Shown here piece by piece: positions 14,801-23,314 of a DNA stretch of 64,000 nt. Origin of the DNA: Treponemataceae bacterium (lineage in GTDB: Bacteria > Spirochaetota > Spirochaetia > Treponematales > Rectinemataceae). The notes below the pieces were generated by a model. It saw only the letters and a list, made by a program, of their open reading frames with translations, was not told where the DNA came from and did no database searches. A program made the translations under genes and the position numbers. The stretch lies in the NCBI GenBank assembly GCA_963667725.2, contig CAXXHO010000005.1, forward strand, positions 928,001 to 992,000, given 5' to 3'. Positions within the stretch are counted from its first letter, which is position 1. Each line of letters starts with the position of its first letter.

Positions 14801-17800
14801 CGACAAGTACGGCTCTCCACAGGCGATCGACAGAGCGATGGAATTTGCCTGGGCATCGGCGCAGCTTGAGCTTCGTCTTCTGCGCATCCAAAACGACGAA
14901 GCGCGCAATTTCCAGCAACTGGCAAGCCATTTGCTGTACCCTCAGCCTCTTTTGCGAGCCGCTTCGCAGCGAATAGCGGAAAACCGAAAAGGCCAGTCGG
15001 GCTTGTGGACCTATGGCATTTCGGGCGACATGCCTATCGCCCTTGTGGTGATCGATGAAGCGCGAGATCTTGGGCTGGTTCGTCAAATGCTTCAGGCGCA
15101 CAGCTATTGGCGCATGCATGGGCTGCTGGCCGACCTTGTCATCCTCAACGAGGAATCCTCCGGCTACAATCAGCCAATGCGAGAAGAACTCCTGCATCTC
15201 ATACAAACGCTGGATCCCAATGCGGGAACCGGACGCTCCGGCGGGACCTTCCTGCTCAACGAGGATAAAATCCCTTCCGAAGACCTGACACTACTGCAAG
15301 CCGCGGCGAGTGTGGTTCTCGTCGCCGCCCGCGGGAATTTGACCCAGCAATTCGCCGTCCCGGCATTGGAGCTTCCCGCCTTGTCGGCTCCCATCGCCAG
15401 GAAACGGGATCCGCGCGATCCTTCGGCGGCGCTTCCCTTCATGGAGTTGCCTTTCTTTAACAGCTTGGGAGGATTTTCCCCGGATGGCCGGGAGTACGTC
15501 ATCTACCTTGGGCCAGGCATGAATACGCCCGCGCCCTGGACCAATGTCATGGCGAATCCTGGATTCGGCGCCATTATCAGCGAAACAGGCGCCGGCTTCA
15601 CATGGCAGGGCAACAGTCAGCGCAACCGACTCACCCAATGGTCGAATGACCCTGTCATGGATCCACCGCCGGAAGCGATTTTTCTCCGCGATGAGGATAC
15701 CGGTCTTTACTGGACTCCGACAGCGAGCCCCGTCCGCGAGGAATCCGCCTACCGGGCTCGGCATGGAGCCGGGTACAGCGTCTTCGAGCATAACAGCCAT
15801 GGCATCGAGCAGGAACTCACCGTCTTCGTGCCCTTGGACGATAAAGGGGGAGAACCCATCAAGCTGCAGAGACTGGTTCTGCGCAACGCCTCAGGTCGAT
15901 CGCGCAGACTATCGCTTACGTATTATGTGGAGCTGACGCTGGGCGAGTCGCGCGAGTCGTCGCAGATGCATGTCGCTACCACATGGGATGATGAAGCCCA
16001 GGCGATGCTGATTCGAAATCGCTACCATCCAGAGTATGGGGATCGGGTGGCTTTCGCGGCCGTGGGCGCTGCCGCCACGTCGTATACTGGCGATCGCACG
16101 GCGTTTATCGGGCGGAACAGAACGCTCGGCAATCCCGCGGCAATGGATCGCATACGGCTAGCCGGCAGGTCGGGAGCGGGCCTGGACCCCTGCGTGGCGA
16201 TACAGGTCATGCTGAAGCTGGCTCCAGGAGAAAGGGTTGAGGTTGCTTGTATGCTCGGCCAGGCTGAATCGGCGGAAAAGGCTCACGCTTTGGTTTCGAA
16301 GTATCGGGATCCCCATGCGGTGGAGGCATCTTTGCGGGAAACGCAGGCATGGTGGGACTCCCGGCTCGGGGTGGTCCAGGCTCATACTCCCGAACCTGCC
16401 GTTGACCTTATGATCAATCGTTGGTTGTTGTACCAGAGCCTAAGTTGCCGGGTCTGGGGGCGTTCCGGTTTTTACCAGTCCGGCGGCGCTTTTGGCTTCC
16501 GCGATCAATTGCAGGACGTTATGGCCCTGCTGTACGCGTATCCGGGCCTGGCGCGGGCCCATATTCTTCTGGCCGCCAGCCGACAGTTCAAGGAAGGCGA
16601 TGTCCAGCACTGGTGGCATCCGCCGAGCGGCGCGGGAATCCGTTCACGGATTTCCGATGATCTTTTATGGCTTCCATATGTGGTTGCGCGTTACATAAGC
16701 GTCACCGCGGACGCGAATATTCTCAATGAGCTTGTTCCTTTCATCGAAGCGCCGCTTTTGGCGGATGGACAGCTTGAAAGCTTTCAGTCGCCCAACGTTT
16801 CCTCCGAACAGGCCCCGCTTTTTGAGCATTGCCGGCGGGCGCTCGCGCACAGCCAGCGCTTCGGCGTTCATGGTCTGCCGCTCATGGGAACGGGGGACTG
16901 GAATGACGCGATGAACCTTGTGGGCGCGAAGGGAAAGGGTGAAAGTGTCTGGCTGGCATGGTTCATGATCGATGTATTGAAGGGAATGGTCGAGCTTTCC
17001 GCCTTGGCTGGCCATCAGGAGCTGGGCCAGTCCTATGCGAAAGAGCGAAGCGCGTTGATCGAGCATGTCGAAAGTTTTGCCTGGGACGGTGAGTGGTATG
17101 TGCGGGCTACCTTTGATGATGGGACGCTTCTGGGGGCTTCGGGGAATTCGGAGGCGCGAATCGATTCCCTGCCGCAATCCTGGGCCGCTTTGAGCGGAGC
17201 CGGCGACGAGGAAAGGACGGCGAAGGCACTTGAAGCGGCATGGAAGCACCTTGTTCACGAAGATGAAAAACTGGTACAGCTTTTCACGCCGCCTTTCGAT
17301 ACTTCGGAGCCATCCCCAGGTTATATCAATGGCTATCCGCCAGGGGTGCGCGAAAACGGCGGACAGTATACACATGCCGCGGTCTGGCTGGCCATGGCAA
17401 TGGCCAGGCGCGGTGATGGAACGAGGGCGGCGGAAATTTTGCGCATGCTCAATCCGATCGAGCACGCGCATGAACCGAAGGCCGTCTGGCGCTATGGGGT
17501 TGAACCTTATGTCGTCGCGGCGGATATTTATCGCCTACAGGGACGGATTGGACAGGGTGGCTGGTCTTGGTATACAGGCTCGGCGGCATGGATGTACCGC
17601 GCCTGGGTCGAGGAAATCCTTGGCCTGAAGATTCACGGCGGAACGATGGAGATCAACCCGGTCATTCCCGGCTGGTGGGATGGATTCCAGATGACCTATC
17701 GTCATGGTGAAGTCATATATGAAATTCATGTCGAAAATCCCGACCATCGTGAGCGGGGAGTTTCCTTTGTGGATATGGACGGGGCGCGCATCAAAGATGG

Positions 17801-17918
17801 CATCATATATCTCGCGTCGAACCCTGGCAAACACGAGATAAAAATCCGAATGGGAGAGTTCAAATTATCCAGTATGGATACCGCTTTCCGGGAGCGGAAT
17901 GAAAATGGGGAACCTTGA
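8871..17918 (+). CDS. ndvB: Cyclic beta-1,2-glucan synthase (Cgs/NdvB/ChvB type: GT84, cyclisation region, GH94 phosphorylase)
   Basis: About 3015 aa (ATG 8871 preferred over GTG 8835); WERKRGKLEE, TLDSDT, LLSHDLIEG, RQHRWIRGDWQ, TSPTNIG, GGAFGFRDQLQD, GDWND, ENGGQYTH, WYTGSA. Confidence 0.9.
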   Translation: MKKGLLIGYFPARQEAIIASRKLRKRGFRCVARISKSAEGEIQIGRPLLRRWLFGVKRKLIENHGRWLVAGDTALILVAPIEKLKTPARILLERAEAIPAVFVLHPKRERPIRDRRERGFGGSLLSPNQLHEYALRLAAEHRLDPKPLRNTDLLKRLERGREWIQRICRDLGEASHLQQSVPPTAEWLLDNEYILESNARDVRLNLPWPFYRQLPALANENDHGLPRVCSLAHELVARTELLVDEQNIMSFIEAYQSVSSLSIGELWAVPQMLRMALVERIEELAGRALTELREQEIADFWAHRLITTNRREPGQLFAIMAELAKAYPSPSPYFASQLNDYLYDEEAVMAPVKGWLERAFQKSLNEIILRVKNQQTRDQISIGNAFTSLRLLAVLDWKVCFERLSRVEAILKRDPAGIYSTMDFPTRDRYRRAIEDLRRGSGLEEEKIAERVVELAASAHGDSALDDRSTHIGTYLIGEKRGELAKLIGCREALRFRALHWAYRHHSSVYFLGLTFFSVALIILALRAGAFASGLGFWFLFAALLFLPASQISLELLNTIIIKLFPVRALPKLDFGEEGIPPSCRTLVVVPMMLVDKATIKGEVEKLEIRYLANKEDNLLFCLFSDYSDSSTAHCGTDEGLLRYATESIQALNQRHGGRRFLLLHRERRWSDSERKFIGWERKRGKLEELNNLIVGNRPRDAESLVRLGDPAVLTSLRFVITLDSDTQLPANAARRMIETLAHPLNRIRFDESGRILSGYTIIQPRVSPSLPSANGTPFSRLFSDPIGIDPYTNTVSDVYQDLSGEGSYHGKGIYDARAFNKIVSGKFPEALLLSHDLIEGAHVRVGFASDIELYDEFPQDYLSYAKRQHRWIRGDWQIADWMMSRVPQADGGKGPNPLSWLDRWKICDNLRRSLLPVASLALLISAWLVSPRAGVAASMVVAAQLFFHSLVQPFAWAASGRGFKRASIEKAAHDLLRVVIEAALLPFQAWLALDAIGRVWYRRRISHRGLLEWTSAQAMNVKSQAKVKKFIISMSLASLFGLSAGWAIMFARPVNFGIASPWLLLWILSPLFGWLLNRRPHLMAPREALPEEDRRFLRNVARRTWRYFADFVNEESSWLPPDNFQVFYQKGLAFRTSPTNIGLYLVSALSAFDFGYLSVDEVAKKLTKTMETIEKLERHEGHLLNWYDIKTLAPLNPRYVSTVDSGNLLGSLWTLRRGLESLVNAPLLDKKALAGLYDTNEVLRQVGREGQISGEETYVLDELEFSLESSPASIIDILRIARRVRSDIPPLAENAETAYWSAQVRSRAAAWLDVAARYLAWIEILSEKTEEEIAVLDSGAAKAFRAALNQAPSLKELASGTADCATFLETIRLKAPASDSSFLDWIDRVSKAHDRAKWLAGEMVAIVERLSRACGGLSESMNMRFLFNTERRLFSIGYNVSEGRLDHAFYDLLASEARLGSFVAIARGDIHPEHWFAMGRPYGAIGRRRVLLSWTGTMFEYLMPLLFQRTYKNSLLDKAVKEAVAIQIAFGRKHHVPWGISECAFGDLDIQKAYQYQAFGVPELGLKRGLAEKIVVAPYASLLAVSFVPRETVLNLKRFAELGLLGDYGYLESLDYSRQSMYPIGRGVIVRAYMAHHQGMSFLALTNFLQNDYLKRQFRADPRIRMVEPLLQERIPIIPPLHHITTRERVSSVASVGEPKPSVSQFETPHTSRPKTQLLCNGNYSLMLTSVGGGYSRWGNFELTRWRSDSTQDSWGTFCYIRDVDSSRLWCATYQPIRGHVEQFSANFSLDRAVFRRVDNQILTETEIIVAPEDDVEIRRMTLVNRSGFDRRLELTSYIELALAPHNVDRQHPAFNKMFIQTEALPEQQALLAYRRLRSAIDPPIYVAHRFTLEPTAGESTDTPLRFETDRRRFIGRGRTLANPMGAEEESGGSQGFVLDPILSLRKSITLAPGKRLQISMILAVGASRETVLALIDKYGSPQAIDRAMEFAWASAQLELRLLRIQNDEARNFQQLASHLLYPQPLLRAASQRIAENRKGQSGLWTYGISGDMPIALVVIDEARDLGLVRQMLQAHSYWRMHGLLADLVILNEESSGYNQPMREELLHLIQTLDPNAGTGRSGGTFLLNEDKIPSEDLTLLQAAASVVLVAARGNLTQQFAVPALELPALSAPIARKRDPRDPSAALPFMELPFFNSLGGFSPDGREYVIYLGPGMNTPAPWTNVMANPGFGAIISETGAGFTWQGNSQRNRLTQWSNDPVMDPPPEAIFLRDEDTGLYWTPTASPVREESAYRARHGAGYSVFEHNSHGIEQELTVFVPLDDKGGEPIKLQRLVLRNASGRSRRLSLTYYVELTLGESRESSQMHVATTWDDEAQAMLIRNRYHPEYGDRVAFAAVGAAATSYTGDRTAFIGRNRTLGNPAAMDRIRLAGRSGAGLDPCVAIQVMLKLAPGERVEVACMLGQAESAEKAHALVSKYRDPHAVEASLRETQAWWDSRLGVVQAHTPEPAVDLMINRWLLYQSLSCRVWGRSGFYQSGGAFGFRDQLQDVMALLYAYPGLARAHILLAASRQFKEGDVQHWWHPPSGAGIRSRISDDLLWLPYVVARYISVTADANILNELVPFIEAPLLADGQLESFQSPNVSSEQAPLFEHCRRALAHSQRFGVHGLPLMGTGDWNDAMNLVGAKGKGESVWLAWFMIDVLKGMVELSALAGHQELGQSYAKERSALIEHVESFAWDGEWYVRATFDDGTLLGASGNSEARIDSLPQSWAALSGAGDEERTAKALEAAWKHLVHEDEKLVQLFTPPFDTSEPSPGYINGYPPGVRENGGQYTHAAVWLAMAMARRGDGTRAAEILRMLNPIEHAHEPKAVWRYGVEPYVVAADIYRLQGRIGQGGWSWYTGSAAWMYRAWVEEILGLKIHGGTMEINPVIPGWWDGFQMTYRHGEVIYEIHVENPDHRERGVSFVDMDGARIKDGIIYLASNPGKHEIKIRMGEFKLSSMDTAFRERNENGEP

Positions 17919-17986
17919 GCGCTGCCTCCGGCAAGGCTTGGATCAAGGTAGATCCCCACTGGCATCGAGCCTAAGAACCCACCGCC

Positions 17987-18015
17987 CGGGCGCGCCGCCT
18001 TTAGCGGCGCGCCCG
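17987..18015. terminator. GC-rich hairpin between convergent genes
   Basis: CGGGCGCGCCGC-CTTTA-GCGGCGCGCCCG perfect 12-bp stem; no clear U-tract. Confidence 0.55.
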
Positions 18016-18034
18016 AGACCGTCAGCGTAAACGC

Positions 18035-20290
18035 TTATTTCTTGAGCGCCACGGCGATCTCCTCGCCGGCTATCTTGCCTGAGGTAAAGGCATAGCCCTG
18101 GGCCACGCCGCCATAATTCGCGTAACCTTTTTTGTTCGTGAAGAGCACGCCCATGGAATCGGTGCCTACCGCGTAGAGTCCGTCCAGGGCCTTGCCGCCC
18201 TTCTTGAGGACCTGCATCTTGGCGTTGACGTCCAATCCCGCGCAGACGCTGTAGATGTATGGAGCTCCGGTCACGGCGACATAGTATTCGCTGCTCGCGC
18301 TCGGCGCGCCGAGCCTCTCGAAGCGCTGTGCCGGCTTTTTGAAGGTATCGCTGCCCTTGGCGCCGGCGACGTACCCTTCGATCGACGCGAGAAGCGCCTT
18401 TTCGGTCATGCGGCCGTTGTTGATCGCCGATGCCAAGCCCTTGAGACTGTCGGACTTGTAGATGAAGCCCCGCTTTACTCCCTCTTCCAATACCTGATCG
18501 ATGTTGGACAAGGGAACGTTGGCCTTCACTCCTCCCTGGGAGAGGTACCGCCCGGAAGCAGCCGCGCCGAAGCCTTTCTCGCGCAGGGCGTCGATCTGCT
18601 CCTTCGAGAAGATCGTGAAGTACTTGGCGCCGACCTTGTAGGCGTTCATGGCGATGTCTTCCTCGTTGATGAAGCGGGAACCGGACTGATCCACCGCAAG
18701 GACCTCGGGGGAGCAGACCATGCCGTAGGGAATGTCATTGTCCATCGGATTGTCGAATTTCGTGATGATGGAGTATGGAGCCACGAAATGGGACATCGGC
18801 GGCATGTCGATGTTCTTGGTGGCGGCTCCCTGCTCGACCGCCATGAGGATGCCGGCTCCGTCGTTCTGGGCCATGCCGTACAGTTTCCAGGATTCGCCGA
18901 GGTATTTCTTCATCAGGCTTTCGCTGCCGCCGAAACCTCCCGATGCGAGAACGACAGCCTTGGCGTGTATCGTCATCGTTCCCCCGTCCCTGGTCGCGGC
19001 CTGGACTCCGACCACCTTGCCGTTCTTCATGAGGAGCTTGGTCGCCTCGGTCTCAAGGAAGTATTGGCCTCCCTGTTCATCGGCGAATTTTTTATAGGCG
19101 GCCGCAAAGTAATCCTCGGTCAGGGCCTTATTGCCCGCATAGGAGGTGAAGATGCCCCATTTCCCCCCGACGAAGCCGACGGCGGGGGTGAATTTGAAGC
19201 CATAGCCGCCAAGCCAATCGATGACCTCGCCCGAGCGGTCCATGATCTTTTTGATGATTTCTGTTTTGGATTCCTGGACGCCGTCGACCTTTGTGTACTC
19301 GACCCAGTCCTTGAACAGGGCTTCGTCGTCGACAAGTTTCTCGCCGGCTGCCTTCACCCTCTTCGTTTTAGAGATGGGATCCTGCCAGTTCGGTATCTCG
19401 GCTTTCACCTGGGAGGGCACGTTGATTCCCATCGGTCCCGAAGTGACCGCCGCGGTACCGCCCCACTTCGCCGCCTTGTCGATCGCGATCACCTTGAGGC
19501 CTTGCTCGGCAGCGCTCAGGGCCGCCGCTGTTCCTGAACCGCCCATTCCCACGATGACGACATCGGTTGTGTATTCTTGGTTCTTCTTCGCCTGGCTGGA
19601 GGCCTTGCGATAGAGTGCGGCCTCGGTTGCCCCAGCCTGCACGGCGCAATTTCTTACGGCGTCGATGAGGGCTTTAGAGGTCGCTGTCGCTCCGGTGAGG
19701 GCGTCGACAGCCAGGGATTGGGCTTCGATGATCCTGGGGACGAGCTTGTTCTGGACAACCTGCGGCATTCCGTTGGTTTCCCCGTTCTTTCCAATCGTTA
19801 TCGCTGTGATTTTATTCCCCGCGATGTTGACGGAAACGGCTACCGGGGTCAGGAGGTTGAAGCCTTTGGCCGTTGCCTCATACAGACCGTCCTTCATCGT
19901 CAGGACATCGGCGCCCTTGCCCATGGCTTGGGACAAGGCCTGGCCAGCGGCCAGCTTGACCGCGTTGCTGCTATAGGTAGCCCCCGAGACGCCATCGATA
20001 TCGGCGCTCTGGGCCTTGAGTATGAGAGAAGGAAGTTCCTCTACCGCCATCGACCCTATACCCTGCGTTTCCGAGGGACCTTCGGCCTTCACCTCGGTGA
20101 CGCTCTTGGTGTCGACAGTGATCTTTACCGTCACCGGACCGCCAAATCCCTTCGCTGTTGCCGTATAGGTGCCGGGGGTGAACTTGCCTTCGGTGAGCTT
20201 GTTATTGGAAACACAGGAAACAATGGAAAATAGGAGGAAAAATGACAGCATCGCGGCTGTCGCACGATAGATCGATCTTTTGCGCTTCAA
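18035..20290 (-). CDS. Lipoprotein flavocytochrome-c/fumarate-reductase-superfamily oxidoreductase with two FMN-binding domains, substrate unknown
   Basis: Lipobox IVSC; flavinylation motifs DGVSGATYSS and DALTGATATS; FAD motif VVIVGMGGSG; LASGGFG. Confidence 0.85.
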   Translation of the reverse strand: MKRKRSIYRATAAMLSFFLLFSIVSCVSNNKLTEGKFTPGTYTATAKGFGGPVTVKITVDTKSVTEVKAEGPSETQGIGSMAVEELPSLILKAQSADIDGVSGATYSSNAVKLAAGQALSQAMGKGADVLTMKDGLYEATAKGFNLLTPVAVSVNIAGNKITAITIGKNGETNGMPQVVQNKLVPRIIEAQSLAVDALTGATATSKALIDAVRNCAVQAGATEAALYRKASSQAKKNQEYTTDVVIVGMGGSGTAAALSAAEQGLKVIAIDKAAKWGGTAAVTSGPMGINVPSQVKAEIPNWQDPISKTKRVKAAGEKLVDDEALFKDWVEYTKVDGVQESKTEIIKKIMDRSGEVIDWLGGYGFKFTPAVGFVGGKWGIFTSYAGNKALTEDYFAAAYKKFADEQGGQYFLETEATKLLMKNGKVVGVQAATRDGGTMTIHAKAVVLASGGFGGSESLMKKYLGESWKLYGMAQNDGAGILMAVEQGAATKNIDMPPMSHFVAPYSIITKFDNPMDNDIPYGMVCSPEVLAVDQSGSRFINEEDIAMNAYKVGAKYFTIFSKEQIDALREKGFGAAASGRYLSQGGVKANVPLSNIDQVLEEGVKRGFIYKSDSLKGLASAINNGRMTEKALLASIEGYVAGAKGSDTFKKPAQRFERLGAPSASSEYYVAVTGAPYIYSVCAGLDVNAKMQVLKKGGKALDGLYAVGTDSMGVLFTNKKGYANYGGVAQGYAFTSGKIAGEEIAVALKK

Positions 20291-20478
20291 ACGTTGCTCC
20301 TTCGCGGAATGTGATGGGTTGGCTGAAATGAATCGATTAATATAGATATAGAAAATCCTATTCTGTCAATATGAAATGTTTGCTCGGGAGCATCAACTTT
20401 AGAAATTTGTAGGTCTTAAAACCACTATATAAAGATATTATTATATTTATAAATATTGCTCTTTTTTCTTATTAAAAA

Positions 20479-20507
20479 TTGACTGATGGTGGCGGATAGG
20501 CTATTCT
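20479..20507 (+). promoter_or_regulatory. Putative sigma70 promoter
   Basis: TTGACT-N17-TATTCT upstream of AGGAGG RBS and ATG 20539. Confidence 0.55.
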
Positions 20508-20538
20508 AGCCAAAATTATCGCGATCTCAGGAGGATCT

Positions 20539-22599
20539 ATGAGGAAGCATTTAATTCCGGGCATTGCAGTTATGGTAATGGCGCTCGCCATTATTGGTTG
20601 CGCGTCAGACGCCGTAAAGGTCGCCGCCCCCGTGGACGGCACCTATGAGGGCAGCGCTTATGGCATGCAGGGACCGATCAAGGTCCAGCTGGTGGTTTCC
20701 GGCGCTCGGATTGCCTCTGTTGGTATTCTTTCGTCCAAAGAAACCCCCATCGTGGCCAAGGTCGCGTTGGAGAGGATTCCGGCCCGCATCGTAGAAACCC
20801 AGAGCCTCAAGGTGGACTCCGTCACCGGGGCCACCCTCGCCAGCAACGGCATCAAGAACGCGGTGGCCGACGCGGCCAAAAAAGCCGGATTCGATGTCGC
20901 GGCGCTCAGGGCGAAGGAAGTCAAGGTTACCCCGAAGGCGCCTCAGACCTGGAACACCGATGTCCTTGTTATCGGAGCGGGCGGAGCAGGCCTCAGCGCG
21001 GCCTTGAGCGCGGCTCAGACGGGCGTGAAGGTCATCCTGATCGAGAAGGGTTCCGTGATCGGTGGAAACACCATGATGGCCGGAGCCGCGTACAACGCGG
21101 TAGACCCCGAAGCTCAGTCGACGATGAAGCTGACCAAGGCGCAGAAGTCGTCGATGGATGCTTATCTGGCCCTCGACCCGGCCGACCCGAGCTTGATGTT
21201 CGACAGATATCCCGAGTGGAAGCCGGTTCTTGAACAGCTCAAAGCCGATATTAAGGGTTTCTATGCCGCAAACCAGAACAAGACCCTCGGCGTCGACATG
21301 ATGGGCTTCGACTCCATTTCCCTCCATATGTGGCACATTTACACGGGCGGCCTCAGGAAGATGGACGACGGCAGCTGGATCGCGCCCAGGATCGAACTCG
21401 CCCGCAAACTGGCCGAGAGCGCCCTCGACAGCCTAAAGTGGATGGACAGCCTCGGACTCAAGGCTCAGTACGGCTCGACCTCCAATTACGGCGGCGCGAC
21501 AGGTCTTTCCACCGTCCTCGGCGCCATGTGGCCCCGCACCCACACCTTCATGACCGGCGCGGATCGCATTCCGCAGCTGGAGAAGAAGGCGATCGAGTTC
21601 GGCGTGAAGATTTATACCGAGACTCGCGGTACCGAACTCCTCACCGAATCAAAAGGTAAAGTCATAGGCGCCAAAGCCGTTCAGGTCGATGGAACCCAAA
21701 TCACCATCAATACGACGAAGGGTGTCGTCATCGCCTCCGGCGGCTACTGCGCCAATCCCGCCATGGTGAAAAAGTACGATAAATATTGGGGCAAGGACCT
21801 CTCCGACAGAACCCTCTCCACCAACATGGGCACGAATACCGGCGACGGCATCGTAATGGCCGAGAAACTTGGCGGCCAGCTCTTTGGCATGGAAGTCGCC
21901 CAGATGATGCCTTCCTCCTCGCCCACCAAGGGCACGATGACGGATGGGATCTGGGGCGATGCCGCCGAACAGATTTGGATTGATGGCAAGGGCAATCGCT
22001 TCGTGGATGAGTACGCCGAGCGCGACGTGCTCGCGAAAGCCTCGCTCAAGCTCGATAACGCGATTTTCTACATCATCTACGCCGGCCGCGGCGCGGTCAA
22101 CAAACCCGATGTCATGCTCAAGGGCATTCCTTACAAGAACGTCGCCGCCATGGTCGAGGGCGGACATATCTGGTGGGGCAATACCCTGGCCGAACTCGCG
22201 GCCGCCACGGCCAAACCCGCGGCTGGCAGCGCTCCCGCATTCACGGAAGCCGCTCTCCGCGCTACCATTGAAGAATACAACAAGTTTGTGGCCGACCAGA
22301 AAGACACGGACTTCGGCAAGGGAGTCATCGCCGGCGCCATCGATCTAGCCGCCGTCGAGGCCGATCCTGAACTAGGTTTGGCCATCAGCCCCCGAAAAGC
22401 TTCCCTCCATCACACCATGGGCGGCGTCCTCATCGACACCGAGGCTCGCGTGATCGACACGAAGGGCAATCCCATTCCTGGCCTCTGGGCCGCGGGCGAA
22501 GTGACGGGCGGAATCCACGCGGGCAACCGCCTGGGCGGCAACGCGATCGCCGACATCTTCACCTTTGGCCGTATCGCCGGCCTGAACGCCGCGAAGTAA
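20539..22599 (+). CDS. Lipoprotein flavocytochrome c with one FMN-binding domain, urocanate-reductase (UrdA)-like
   Basis: Lipobox IIGC; DSVTGATLAS; GAGGAG; QMMP, ERD, HHTMGG and GNRLGGNA active-site motifs. Confidence 0.8.
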   Translation: MRKHLIPGIAVMVMALAIIGCASDAVKVAAPVDGTYEGSAYGMQGPIKVQLVVSGARIASVGILSSKETPIVAKVALERIPARIVETQSLKVDSVTGATLASNGIKNAVADAAKKAGFDVAALRAKEVKVTPKAPQTWNTDVLVIGAGGAGLSAALSAAQTGVKVILIEKGSVIGGNTMMAGAAYNAVDPEAQSTMKLTKAQKSSMDAYLALDPADPSLMFDRYPEWKPVLEQLKADIKGFYAANQNKTLGVDMMGFDSISLHMWHIYTGGLRKMDDGSWIAPRIELARKLAESALDSLKWMDSLGLKAQYGSTSNYGGATGLSTVLGAMWPRTHTFMTGADRIPQLEKKAIEFGVKIYTETRGTELLTESKGKVIGAKAVQVDGTQITINTTKGVVIASGGYCANPAMVKKYDKYWGKDLSDRTLSTNMGTNTGDGIVMAEKLGGQLFGMEVAQMMPSSSPTKGTMTDGIWGDAAEQIWIDGKGNRFVDEYAERDVLAKASLKLDNAIFYIIYAGRGAVNKPDVMLKGIPYKNVAAMVEGGHIWWGNTLAELAAATAKPAAGSAPAFTEAALRATIEEYNKFVADQKDTDFGKGVIAGAIDLAAVEADPELGLAISPRKASLHHTMGGVLIDTEARVIDTKGNPIPGLWAAGEVTGGIHAGNRLGGNAIADIFTFGRIAGLNAAK

Positions 22600-22622
22600 T
22601 TCGCGTCGTCGACGCCAGTATC

Positions 22623-22660
22623 AGCCCCGCTCAAGCATGCTTGGGCGGGGCTTTTGTTTT
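22623..22660 (+). terminator. Rho-independent terminator
   Basis: AGCCCCGCTCAAGC-AT-GCTTGGGCGGGGCT followed by TTTGTTTT. Confidence 0.8.
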
Positions 22661-22678
22661 AACCCGAAAAAGGACCGA

Positions 22679-22892
22679 CTAATTCGTTGAACCAGTCGCT
22701 GTTTCCTTCGTTCTTATGAGAACGGCGCCAAGCCAAGCCAACCACGCGATCAGCATCAGCCCGAATACAATGGAGGCGTCGCGCAAGGGCGGGGCGACGG
22801 ACTCGATCGCCAGCCAGGTCGCTTGAGCCTGCCGCTGGTCAGTTACGGTCAAGCCCACGATTGTCGTCATGCCGTAGTTGAAAATCATGCCG
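22679..22892 (-). pseudogene. 3' remnant of a membrane protein gene (DUF4386-like)
   Basis: GMIFNYGMTTIVGL...WLAIESVA...FGLMLIAWLAWLGAVLIR; no credible 5' end. Confidence 0.45.
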
Positions 22893-23278
22893 CGAACAAG
22901 GACGATATACTCGACGGCATGGTCGACCTCGTGATCGAGCTTCCCTCCGGCGTCGACGGCTGGCGCGAGGCGATGCGCCGCCGGGCGGTCTCCGCCCATC
23001 AGGTCTTCGCCCTACATCCCTGGCTACCGATGCTCATCGACTCGCGCGAGACAAGCGCTCCGTCAAGAATGCTCTACCTCGACTGGGTGATTGGGACGCT
23101 GGTGACAGCGGGATTTTCGCTGGATGGCGCGGCGCGCGCCTTCTCCCTTCTCGACAGCTACATCTACGGCTTCAGCATTCAGCGGTTCAATATGTCGGCC
23201 GACGCCGATTTCGGCTTCGGGCTGGAGCTCATCCTCGACGGGCTGGAACGGATCCTCCACGAGTCGCTATCGGAATAG
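22883..23278 (+). pseudogene. TetR-family regulator remnant lacking most of the HTH
   Basis: Begins at the HTH tail NHAANKDDILDGMVD; TetR_C-like WREAMRRRA, LDSYIYGF and FGFGLELILDGLE. Confidence 0.75.
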
Positions 23279-23314
23279 AAGCGCGTGAACGACATTTTCG
23301 GATACATTCATGGC

